Source: an uncultured Planctomycetia bacterium
GTDB taxonomy: Bacteria > Omnitrophota > Gorgyraeia > Duberdicusellales > Duberdicusellaceae
Direction: 5' to 3'
NCBI GenBank assembly: GCA_964634935.1
Contig: CAZWJT010000002.1
Coordinates: forward strand, 138,643 to 202,642
Length of the DNA stretch: 64,000 nt
In this document: one piece after another, positions 1 to 8,700 of the stretch
Layout: every line of letters begins with the position of its first letter
Numbering within the stretch: position 1 is the first letter of the stretch
The notes under the pieces: model-generated
What the model was told of the DNA's origin: nothing
Databases searched by the model: none
What the model saw: only the letters and a program-made list of their open reading frames with translations
Translations under genes and position numbers: made by a program

Positions 1-552
1 AACTTTATCTTCCCCGATGACGATCTTGAGTCTCTTGATATCTTCACGCAGAGTATTTCGTTGCTCTGGGAAGAACGATTAGTCAAAGAACGCATTCGTG
101 AGCTTGACATCCGTGATCCTCTCACTGGACTTTATAGTGAACAGCATATTCATTCAGCATTCATCGCGGCAATGAATCTGGCTTTAGAACGTCATACTCC
201 CTGCGGCTTTATTCTTTTGAGGGTTTACGATTTTCAGTCAACCGATTTGGCAATACCTTCGAGAAAGGTAGAATATTCGTTAAAAAAAGTAAGTGATTTG
301 ATACTTGCTCACCTTGATATTTTTGATAAAGCTGGTCGCATTGGCGACGAACAATTTGCAATTATTGTTCCCAAAAAAAGCAAATCAGCCGTGGAGAAGA
401 AATCGTCCGATATCATCACTGACATCAATGAATTTATTTCTTCAAATACCATAGGTATCCGTTTCTCAGTGGCATCGGCGGTAGTCGAGAGTCCCATTGA
501 TGGCGTAAGTGCAGAGGAGCTTTTGCGTAAAGCGCAGCAAAATCTCCGGTAG
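1..552 (+). CDS. GGDEF-domain protein, C-terminal part (5' end lies upstream of the window); active-site motif degenerate (RIGDEQF instead of RYGGEEF)
   Basis: Frame 1 is open from base 1. The translation contains DPLTGLYSE (GGDEF domain start) and AGRIGDEQFAIIVP at the GG[DE]EF position. No RxxD I-site lies directly upstream. Stop at 550-552. Confidence 0.55.
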   Translation, partial: NFIFPDDDLESLDIFTQSISLLWEERLVKERIRELDIRDPLTGLYSEQHIHSAFIAAMNLALERHTPCGFILLRVYDFQSTDLAIPSRKVEYSLKKVSDLILAHLDIFDKAGRIGDEQFAIIVPKKSKSAVEKKSSDIITDINEFISSNTIGIRFSVASAVVESPIDGVSAEELLRKAQQNLR

Positions 553-558
553 TGTGCC

Positions 559-1005
559 ATGTATCTGAAAAGAAAAATAAATAAACCATTAGGGCAGCTT
601 TTGATTGAGCGGGGTCTTTTAACTACAGTTCAGCTAGAAAAGGCCCTGGGATTACAGCGTGAAAAAGGGGGATTGATCGGTGAGGTTATTATCTCGTTGG
701 GTTTTGTTACTGAAATAGAAATAGCCCACGCCTTGTCGCTGCAATATGGATTTCCTTATTTGCCCCTAGAGAATTACGGTATTTCACCCGAAGCTTTGGC
801 AACAATCCCGCGCCAAGTAGCAGAGCAATACTGCCTGGTTCCTCTTGATAAGGTTGGCAATACACTAATGGTCGCCACCGCTGATCCTTTAAATAGTCAT
901 GCGATCGAAGATATTGAATATTTAAGCGGATGTGCGGTGCAAATTTTTGTCAGCACGGTTTCGGATATTCGGAATGCGATCTCTAAGTACTATGCTCAAT
1001 CATAA
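559..1005 (+). CDS. Standalone MshEN / T2SSE_N domain protein (c-di-GMP-binding N-domain of GspE/MshE type, no ATPase domain)
   Basis: 148 aa. The N-terminus carries two tandem 24-aa motifs matching the MshEN c-di-GMP consensus RLGxxLLxxGLLxxxxLxxxLxxQ: PLGQLLIERGLLTTVQLEKALGLQ, a 5-aa spacer REKGG, then LIGEVIISLGFVTEIEIAHALSLQ. The rest resembles a GspE N-terminal domain (…LVPLDKVGNTLMVATADPLN…). Confidence 0.7.
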   Translation: MYLKRKINKPLGQLLIERGLLTTVQLEKALGLQREKGGLIGEVIISLGFVTEIEIAHALSLQYGFPYLPLENYGISPEALATIPRQVAEQYCLVPLDKVGNTLMVATADPLNSHAIEDIEYLSGCAVQIFVSTVSDIRNAISKYYAQS

Positions 1006-1086
1006 CGGGTGTGAAAGTTTTTTTGTATTCCGGTATTTTCCTTCCATGCCGCCGGTAACGCTTGTTCTAACGGGTGAAGATAGCAG

Positions 1087-2784
1087 ATGGATTTTAAGGA
1101 AAAAATAATTACCGCACTTGAAGAAAGTAAGATTCTCGATAAAGAAAAAATAGAAGAAATTCTTCTTCGCCACAAACAGGAAGGCGGCAGCCTCGTCGAA
1201 ACATTTATTCGCTCAGGGTACATCAACGAGACTGAATTTTTGAGTATTTTATCCGCAAGTCTTTCGATTCCATCCATCGAACTTTCAAAGATTGAAATCG
1301 CGCCTGAGATCATAGCGAGTATTCCAGCACCGTATATCTGGAAGTACAGGGTTATTCCTTTTGGAAAGATAGAAAAAACGCTTACTGTTGCAGTAATTGA
1401 TCCTTTTGAATTATTTGCTTTCGATGATTTAGAACGATTGACAGGCTTTACCTTAAATCCCGTGCTTGCTTCACGTAAAGAAATTGAGGCAGCGTTGAAT
1501 AAATATTATCGTGAGCCCGTCGCTGATGAGATGGAAACATTATTGAATACTATTCCTGAGGGCGGTTCCATTGAAGTAGTAGGGGGGGCACCGGAGGAGA
1601 AGGAAGCGGAGGTCACCGTCCAGGCAATCCAAGAGGGGCCAGTGATCAAATTAACTAATTTTTTACTTGCTCAAGCCGTACAAATGCGCGCTTCAGATGT
1701 TCTTATTGAGCCTCTTGAGAAAAAAATGAGAGTCCGCTATCGAATTGATGGTGTTCTTGAAGAAATAGAGTCTCCGCCGTTCGCTATGTTCCCGTTTATT
1801 GTTTCTCGGATTAAAGTTATGTCAAATCTTGATATTGCGGAGCATCGGCTGCCCCAAGATGGTAGATTTCGTATTAAGCAGCGCGAGAATGACATTGATT
1901 TTCGTGTTTCTATCGTTCCTTCTATTCTTGGTGAAAAAGTTGCCTTGCGCATACTTGATAAAAGTGCTGCCGCGCTCGATATCGAAAAACTCGGATTTCT
2001 TGATGAATCAATAGCGGTTATTAAGAAGATTTCTTCTCGTCCGCACGGTATGATTATTTCCTGTGGACCAACTGGATCCGGGAAGACGACAACCCTTTAT
2101 TCCATACTCAAGCATATTTATTCTCCGACAAAAAATATTATTACAGTCGAGGATCCTGTTGAGTATGAAATGAAAGGGATTAATCAGGTTAACGTGGACA
2201 CTGAAGTCGGGTTAACCTTTGCTTCTTCTCTGCGGGCTATCCTTCGGCAAGATCCCGACATCATCATGGTAGGTGAGATCAGGGATTTTGAGACCGTTGA
2301 CATCGCGATTAAAGCTGCCCTTACGGGCCATCTTGTTCTTTCAACGCTTCATACCACAACCGCTGTTGGATCGTTAATACGTCTCATCAACATGGGAATA
2401 GAACCGTTTTTGATTACTTCATCGTTAATTGGGATTATTGCTCAGCGGCTCTTGCGCAAGCTTTGTGAAAAGTGTAAAGAGCAGTATGTGGTATCAACAG
2501 TTATTCTTGATACTTTGAAGATTCGCGAGAAAAACGTACAATTTTATCGAGCGAAAGGATGCCGAGAATGCAATATGACAGGTTATCGGGGAAGGATTGG
2601 GGTTTGTGAAACATTAGCCGTGAGCGAGCAGTTGCGTGAAAAAATTCTTGCGAATGCCTCCGAGGGTGAAATTTTTGCATTAGCATGTTCACTGGGCATG
2701 AAATCATTCAAGGAAGATGCGCGCCAAAAAGTGATAAGCGGATCAACATCACTGGAAGAAGCCTTGCGGACAGTGGGGGTGTGA
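1087..2784 (+). CDS. pilB: GspE/PilB-family type IV filament assembly ATPase, paralog 1
   Basis: 565 aa. Has an N-terminal T2SSE_N domain, Walker A GPTGSGKTTT, Asp box, His box (TLHTTTAVGS) and a C-terminal tetra-Cys zinc site (CEKCKEQY…CRECNMTGYRGR). Confidence 0.85.
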   Translation: MDFKEKIITALEESKILDKEKIEEILLRHKQEGGSLVETFIRSGYINETEFLSILSASLSIPSIELSKIEIAPEIIASIPAPYIWKYRVIPFGKIEKTLTVAVIDPFELFAFDDLERLTGFTLNPVLASRKEIEAALNKYYREPVADEMETLLNTIPEGGSIEVVGGAPEEKEAEVTVQAIQEGPVIKLTNFLLAQAVQMRASDVLIEPLEKKMRVRYRIDGVLEEIESPPFAMFPFIVSRIKVMSNLDIAEHRLPQDGRFRIKQRENDIDFRVSIVPSILGEKVALRILDKSAAALDIEKLGFLDESIAVIKKISSRPHGMIISCGPTGSGKTTTLYSILKHIYSPTKNIITVEDPVEYEMKGINQVNVDTEVGLTFASSLRAILRQDPDIIMVGEIRDFETVDIAIKAALTGHLVLSTLHTTTAVGSLIRLINMGIEPFLITSSLIGIIAQRLLRKLCEKCKEQYVVSTVILDTLKIREKNVQFYRAKGCRECNMTGYRGRIGVCETLAVSEQLREKILANASEGEIFALACSLGMKSFKEDARQKVISGSTSLEEALRTVGV

Positions 2785-4472
2785 TGAAGAGTTTTAAAGA
2801 GAAGATTCGAGATTTATTGGTGGCAAAAGGAATTCAATTCCATGATGGTCTTTTAAATGACGCAAAGAATTCTAATGATCTGAAAAAGCTTCTGCTTGCG
2901 CAAAACTGGCTTACTGAAACCGAATTTCTCGGTTTTCTCTCGCAGGAGCTGGAGATTCCGTATATCGATATAAAAAAATATACCGTTTCTCCGGAAAATA
3001 CGAGTTATATTCCTGAGGACATAGCGTTTCAATATCGGGTTTTTCCGCTATCTCGGCTTAAAAATTCACTTACGATAGCAACCGCTAATCCGTTAGATGT
3101 CTTGACGCTTGATGACATAAAATTAAAGTTACAGGTTGATTTACAGCTTGTTCTTGCCAATGAGACCGATATTCTCGCTTTGCTCAATAAACTATACAAA
3201 AAAGAAGAGACATTTTCTTCGTTGCTTGCCCAGGCATCGACTGACTCGGATTTTAATGTAGCCCAAGATAAGTCTTCAGAGATTCTCGCGTCTGAAGGAT
3301 TTGACTTGCTGGCTGAAAGTAAAACGGCCCCAATCGTTAAAATCGTTGACCTCTTTGTTTATGAAGCTCTCTCCAAACGGGCGTCAGATATTCACATTGA
3401 ACCTACGGAGTTTGTTCTTAAGGTACGATATCGCATTGACGGTCTTTTGCAAGATGCTTTTGATATCCCACGGAAGAATCAGAATGCCATATTTGCCCGC
3501 TTGAAGATTATGTCGGGATTGAATATTACCGAAACGAAAATTCCACAGGACGGTCGATTTAAGGTGAAAATGCAGAGCCGGGAGGTTGATTTTAGGGTTT
3601 CGTCGTTGCCTACCCGTTACGGAGAAAAATTTGTTCTTCGGGCTCTCGATAAAAGTAACCTTTCTATAGGGCTTGACAAGCTTGGTTTTTCTGATGTCCC
3701 TCGGCAGCTCTTTGAGGCGGCGGTTAAGAAACCCTTTGGGATTATTCTCGTTACCGGACCAACTGGTAGCGGAAAGTCCACGACACTTTACTCCATTGTG
3801 AACTATTTAAATGGTGCCGATCGCCATATTGTGACCATAGAAGATCCGGTTGAATATCAAATACAGGGGTTGACCCAGATTCCTGTCAACGCTGAATTGG
3901 GATTGACTTTCGCGGCAGCTCTTCGCGCGGTACTGCGTCAATCTCCGGATATTATCATGGTTGGTGAAATCCGGGATTCCGAAACCGCCGATATTGCGAT
4001 AAAAGCTTCACTGACCGGAGAGCTTATTTTTTCGACGCTTCACACCAATGATTCCGTTGGAGCTATTATTCGGCTTGCCGATATGGGGATTGAGCCTTTT
4101 CTTTTGGCATCTTCCCTTTTGCTCACCTCTGCGCAGCGACTCTGCCGGAGGATTTGCCCTCACTGTAAGAATCCCAGTAAGCCTCCGGAGTATCTGCTCA
4201 AGAAATTGCAGATTGTTCAGCACGATGCTGTATTTTTTGAAGGGAAAGGATGTGTAGAATGCAATAATACGGGATATCACGGACGCGAAGCGCTCTTGGA
4301 AGTTTTGGCAATCGATGATACAATAAAAGAAATGATTGTGAGGCGAAAATCAGAGCAAGACATACTTGAATATGCTCGGGCAAATCTTCATTTTCGTAGT
4401 TTGCGGGAAGACGGCATTGAAAAATGCCTTCGAGGCGTAACAACCCTTGAAGAAATACTTCGGGTGACTTAG
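2784..4472 (+). CDS. pilB: GspE/PilB-family type IV filament assembly ATPase, paralog 2
   Basis: 562 aa from the ATG at 2784, which overlaps the paralog-1 stop (TGATG). Has T2SSE_N domain, Walker A GPTGSGKSTT, TLHTNDSVGA and a tetra-Cys site CPHCKNP…CVECNNTGYHGR. The ORF-track start at 2685 is an upstream in-frame extension inside paralog 1. Confidence 0.85.
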   Translation: MKSFKEKIRDLLVAKGIQFHDGLLNDAKNSNDLKKLLLAQNWLTETEFLGFLSQELEIPYIDIKKYTVSPENTSYIPEDIAFQYRVFPLSRLKNSLTIATANPLDVLTLDDIKLKLQVDLQLVLANETDILALLNKLYKKEETFSSLLAQASTDSDFNVAQDKSSEILASEGFDLLAESKTAPIVKIVDLFVYEALSKRASDIHIEPTEFVLKVRYRIDGLLQDAFDIPRKNQNAIFARLKIMSGLNITETKIPQDGRFKVKMQSREVDFRVSSLPTRYGEKFVLRALDKSNLSIGLDKLGFSDVPRQLFEAAVKKPFGIILVTGPTGSGKSTTLYSIVNYLNGADRHIVTIEDPVEYQIQGLTQIPVNAELGLTFAAALRAVLRQSPDIIMVGEIRDSETADIAIKASLTGELIFSTLHTNDSVGAIIRLADMGIEPFLLASSLLLTSAQRLCRRICPHCKNPSKPPEYLLKKLQIVQHDAVFFEGKGCVECNNTGYHGREALLEVLAIDDTIKEMIVRRKSEQDILEYARANLHFRSLREDGIEKCLRGVTTLEEILRVT

Positions 4473-4473
4473 T

Positions 4474-5679
4474 ATGGCTCTTTTTGAATATATTGCGAAA
4501 AATCAGGAAGGAAAAGTTTTTAAGGGGCGGGTGGATGAACTTTCCAAAAGCAAGGTCATTGATATACTCCACTCAAAGAACCTCGTTATTATTTCGATTA
4601 GCGATGTTAAGAAAAAACTTTTTGATTTTAAGTTTGCCCAGTCGGTAACCCCTGAAGAAATCGTCATTTTTTGCCGGCAGTTGACGACGCTCATTGATAG
4701 TGGAGTTTCATTAGTCCAGTCGGTTGAGATATTAAATGAACAAACAAAAAACCAAAAACTTCGAGAAATATTATCCCGTGTTTTAACCGATGTCCGTGAG
4801 GGAAATGCATTTCACGCATCACTTGCAAAATTTCCCGCAGTATTTTCTTCTTTCGTCCTCAGTATGATAAAAGCTGGAGAGGCATCGGGGAATCTGCCAG
4901 AAATTTTGGACAGGGTAAGCACATATCTTGAAGAATCACTTTCTTTGCAGCGCAAAGTAAAATCCAGTCTTACGTATCCCGCGGTTGTCATTTGTATGGC
5001 GATTGCTATAACTACTTTTTTGATCGTAAAAGTAATCCCGACCTTTAAAGGAATTTTTGATTCTTTGGGCGGAACCTTGCCGCTTCCTACGCAAATGCTG
5101 TTGAGTCTGAGCGATTTTTTAAGCAGATTTATTTTTCTTTTTCTTGGTATTCTGGTCGCAGCCGGAATCGCGTTCAAGCGTTATCTTCGTACGGATCGGG
5201 GAAAAAAACAATTTGATTTTTTAATTTTGAAGTTGCCTATTATCGGCGATTTATTGAGAAAAGTTGCTATTGCTCAGTTCTGCCGGACATTTTCGACTCT
5301 TGTTCGCAGCGGAGTACCCATTTTGAATACACTGGATATTGTGGGAGCAACTTCCGGCAATAAAATTATTGAAGCGGCGGTTCTTACGGCAAAAAAATCA
5401 GTTCAAGAGGGGGAGCCGCTTTCCGAGCCTCTTGCGAGGACAAACATTTTTCCGATCATGGTCACTCGTATGATTGCAATCGGAGAGAAAACAGGAAAGC
5501 TCCAGGAGATGCTTTCGCGAATCGCCGATTTTTACACTGATGAAGTCAATACTGCGGTAGAGGGTTTAACAAGTATTATTGAACCTCTGATTATCGGCAT
5601 CTTGGGTGTTGTTATCGGAGGTATTGTTATTGCACTCTTTTTGCCGATTCTGAAAATTACCGAATTGGTTGGAGCATAA
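4474..5679 (+). CDS. pilC: PilC/GspF-family inner-membrane platform protein (two T2SSF domains)
   Basis: 401 aa. Duplicated T2SSF domain pattern (…GEASGNLPEILDRV… and …IGEKTGKLQEMLSRIADFY…) with three TM segments. Starts 2 nt after the upstream ATPase stop. Confidence 0.85.
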   Translation: MALFEYIAKNQEGKVFKGRVDELSKSKVIDILHSKNLVIISISDVKKKLFDFKFAQSVTPEEIVIFCRQLTTLIDSGVSLVQSVEILNEQTKNQKLREILSRVLTDVREGNAFHASLAKFPAVFSSFVLSMIKAGEASGNLPEILDRVSTYLEESLSLQRKVKSSLTYPAVVICMAIAITTFLIVKVIPTFKGIFDSLGGTLPLPTQMLLSLSDFLSRFIFLFLGILVAAGIAFKRYLRTDRGKKQFDFLILKLPIIGDLLRKVAIAQFCRTFSTLVRSGVPILNTLDIVGATSGNKIIEAAVLTAKKSVQEGEPLSEPLARTNIFPIMVTRMIAIGEKTGKLQEMLSRIADFYTDEVNTAVEGLTSIIEPLIIGILGVVIGGIVIALFLPILKITELVGA

Positions 5680-5717
5680 AACAGTTCACGAGATATGAGT
5701 TTAGCAGAGGAGGAAGA

Positions 5718-8700
5718 ATGAAAAGAGTTATATTGTTTTGTTTTTTCTTATTCATTACGGCTGGTATTTCCTTTGCTGCTACCGATCGTATTATACGCTA
5801 CGGTGAGCGTGTTGAGCAGTATTATCACGCGGGTGACTATGATGCAGTAATCCAGGTATGCCAAAAGATTCTCAATATCTCAGCACAGAACAATTTTGCT
5901 CGTGACTATATCAATAAAGCCGAAACTAATAAAACTATCCAAGCGGATATCGAGCGTCTCGTGGAGAGTGATAATGTTTTACTGGCTGAAGAAAAAATCA
6001 ATTATCTTTTGCGGGAATCACCAGGTTCTCGCAAATTGCAAAAATTGGAAAAGCAAGTTGCATATGCCAAGAGTAGGCTTCAGAAAAAGCTTTCTCAGGA
6101 AATGTATGGGTTTTCAGTTGAGCGAATCCGTGCATGCATTATGGAAAAGAAATTTGCTCAAGCCCAATCATTGCTCGATGGATTGAAGAAGCGCCATCCG
6201 GAAAATGCCGAAATGCGAACACTCTCAAAAACACTTGCACAGCGCGTTGAACAAGACAAGCAGGAAAAATTCATTGCTCAGCGTTCATCAGATATCGCCA
6301 GTATCACCGAGCGTATTGATGCGGCTTTGCGCAACAATGAATTTTCCAGTGCGCGAGGTGCTCTTACCCAGCTTACCCAGGCATATCCTTCGGATTCTCT
6401 CGTGAATGCTCGCGCTGTTTCTCTTGAGCAAAAGATTAAGTTATCAGAGGCAAGCTTTCTGAAAGAAAAAGAAAGAAACGAAAAGGCTGAGTTGCTCAAA
6501 GAGCAAAAATTCACCCAAGAAATGGCGGATATCGAAACAATGATGCAAAAGGAAAACTATACCGACGCGGAACAGCGTTTGCTTATGCTCAAGAAAAATT
6601 ATCCACAGAAGGGCGCCGAAGTGGACAACCAGTTTACACAGTTGGAGCAGATTCAGAAATTATCTCGGGAGGTTAATTCCTTGCTTCTTTCAGAGTTATT
6701 TGATCAAGCTCTCGAGCGCACGCGAGTTTCACGAGAATTCTATGGTGGTAACGCGCATATTCTTGAACTTCTGAATAATTGGGACAGGAAAATAATCACT
6801 TCAAAGGTACGCGCATTAGAATCGTTAGAGAAAAGGAAAGTAGAAGAGGGGAAAAAGCAATTTTTCACCGATATCGGAACGCTGCGTATTTTGATTGATG
6901 AAAAGAAATTTGCTCAAGCCCAATCATTGCTCGATGGATTGAAGAAGCGCCATCCGGAAAATGCCGAAATGCGAACACTCTCAAAAACACTTGCACAGCG
7001 CGTTGAACAAGACAAGCAGGAAAAATTCATTGCTCAGCGTTCATCAGATATCGCCAGTATCACCGAGCGTATTGATGCGGCGATAGAAAAATCAGATTTT
7101 ACACGAGCATTCGAAGCAACGGAGGAGTTGCGCAAGAGCTATCCTGGCGATTCTTTGGTATCCAAAACGGCAATTTCTCTTGATAAAAAAATCTCTTCCC
7201 AGAGAACACGCTATCTCAGTGAGGTACAGAAGAAAGAAAGAAGCGAGCAGGAAAAGACGCTTGCGGCACAGAAAGAAGACCTACGGAATTCTACCGCGGG
7301 TATGGAGGATGCAATTCGAAAGGCTGATTTCGATGAAGCAAAAAAGATTCTATCGGGCTTAAAAGAAAGACATCCCTCAGCAAAGGAAATTCAGGAAACT
7401 GCAGTTTCTTTCGGAAATAAGATAAAGACCGCCGAAGAAGCCTTCCTGCGCAAAAACCAGCAGAAAGAAAAACAACTTTTTACTGCGACTAAAGAAAGCG
7501 ATGCATTAACGATAAGCCAAACGGTTCTCAATCATATAGAAGCAGCTGACTTTTCAGCCGCCCGCGCTGCTCTTCACAGTTATAAAGCAAAATACTTGAA
7601 AGAGCAGGATGCCCAAAAGAAAGTTTTGCTTCTTGAGGAAAAAATCAAGACAGCTGAGCATCTCCATCAGAACCAACAAGAAGAAATTCGGAAAAAATTC
7701 ACCCAAGAAATGGCGGATATCGAAACAATGATGCAAAAGGAAAACTATACCGACGCGGAACAGCGTTTGCTTATGCTCAAGAAAAATTATCCACAGAAGG
7801 GCGCCGAAGTGGAAAAGGTCCTACAAAGAGTAGAATCGGCGCTCGAAAAAGTTAAGATAGAACAGGAAAAGAAAAGTGCCGCAGAAAAACGCCGCCAGCA
7901 GGAACGAGATCTCATTTTCGCTCAGAGATTAGAAGGAATCACCACGCTTATTACACAACAGAAGTTTGCTGAGGCTAAGAATAGTTTGCTTTCGCTGCAG
8001 AAAGAGTTTCCGGAGTACCAGCAAATCAAAGAATTTTTAAAAGATATTGATTCCAGAATTCAACAGCATAATGTCGAACAAAAAAAGATTGCCGCACGCA
8101 AGGAAAACACCGAAGACAATGTCATGCAGGAGCTTGCTGTGCGCTTTAACGCTGCTTATTCAAAGAAGCAATACGTTGAAGCTCAGAATATACTCACACA
8201 CTATAAAAGTACTTTTCCCGCATACAAAAAAATTCATTCATTTACCGAAGAAAAATTTGCTTTGCTCCGAAAAGTTCGCGCTGAAGAAAATTTAAAACAG
8301 AACCTAAAAACTCAAAAATCTTTTGGTCATGCAACGTTAGCAAAGGATGAGTTGGTTGCTCAAGTCGAGGTGCTTATTCATGATGAATATTTAGCACGGA
8401 ATGATTTCGAAGGCGCGCGGATGGTCCTGGGTGAATTCGACAGTAATTTTTCCATCGATCCATATCTCGAGCAAAAAATAAAATCGATTGGACGTACGAT
8501 TAACCAAGCAGAAGAGCGCCATAAATCATTAGCAGGTATTTCGACTACGGGTTATGGCGATGAAGTTCTTGATGGGAAAATCGCGAAACTTGAAATGTTC
8601 ATTCAATTAGGCGATTTTATCAACGCCCGCAATCTTTCTGATGAACTTTTACGAACTTATCCGGAGAATATTCAAGTGAGAACCCTTGCGGAAACGTTAA

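Noticed and set aside
2685-2783. Upstream in-frame extension of the second PilB paralog (track start 2685)
   Set aside because: It lies entirely within the 3' end of paralog 1. The ATG at 2784 overlaps the stop (TGATG) and yields a T2SSE_N domain start comparable to paralog 1.
6144-7813. Long perfect direct repeats that could at first be taken for a CRISPR array or a duplicated mobile-element end
   Set aside because: Only two copies each. The lengths (182 and 121 bp) are far beyond CRISPR repeat size and there are no regular spacers. Both copies are in frame inside one large repeat-protein gene and encode identical peptide modules, so they are intragenic duplications.
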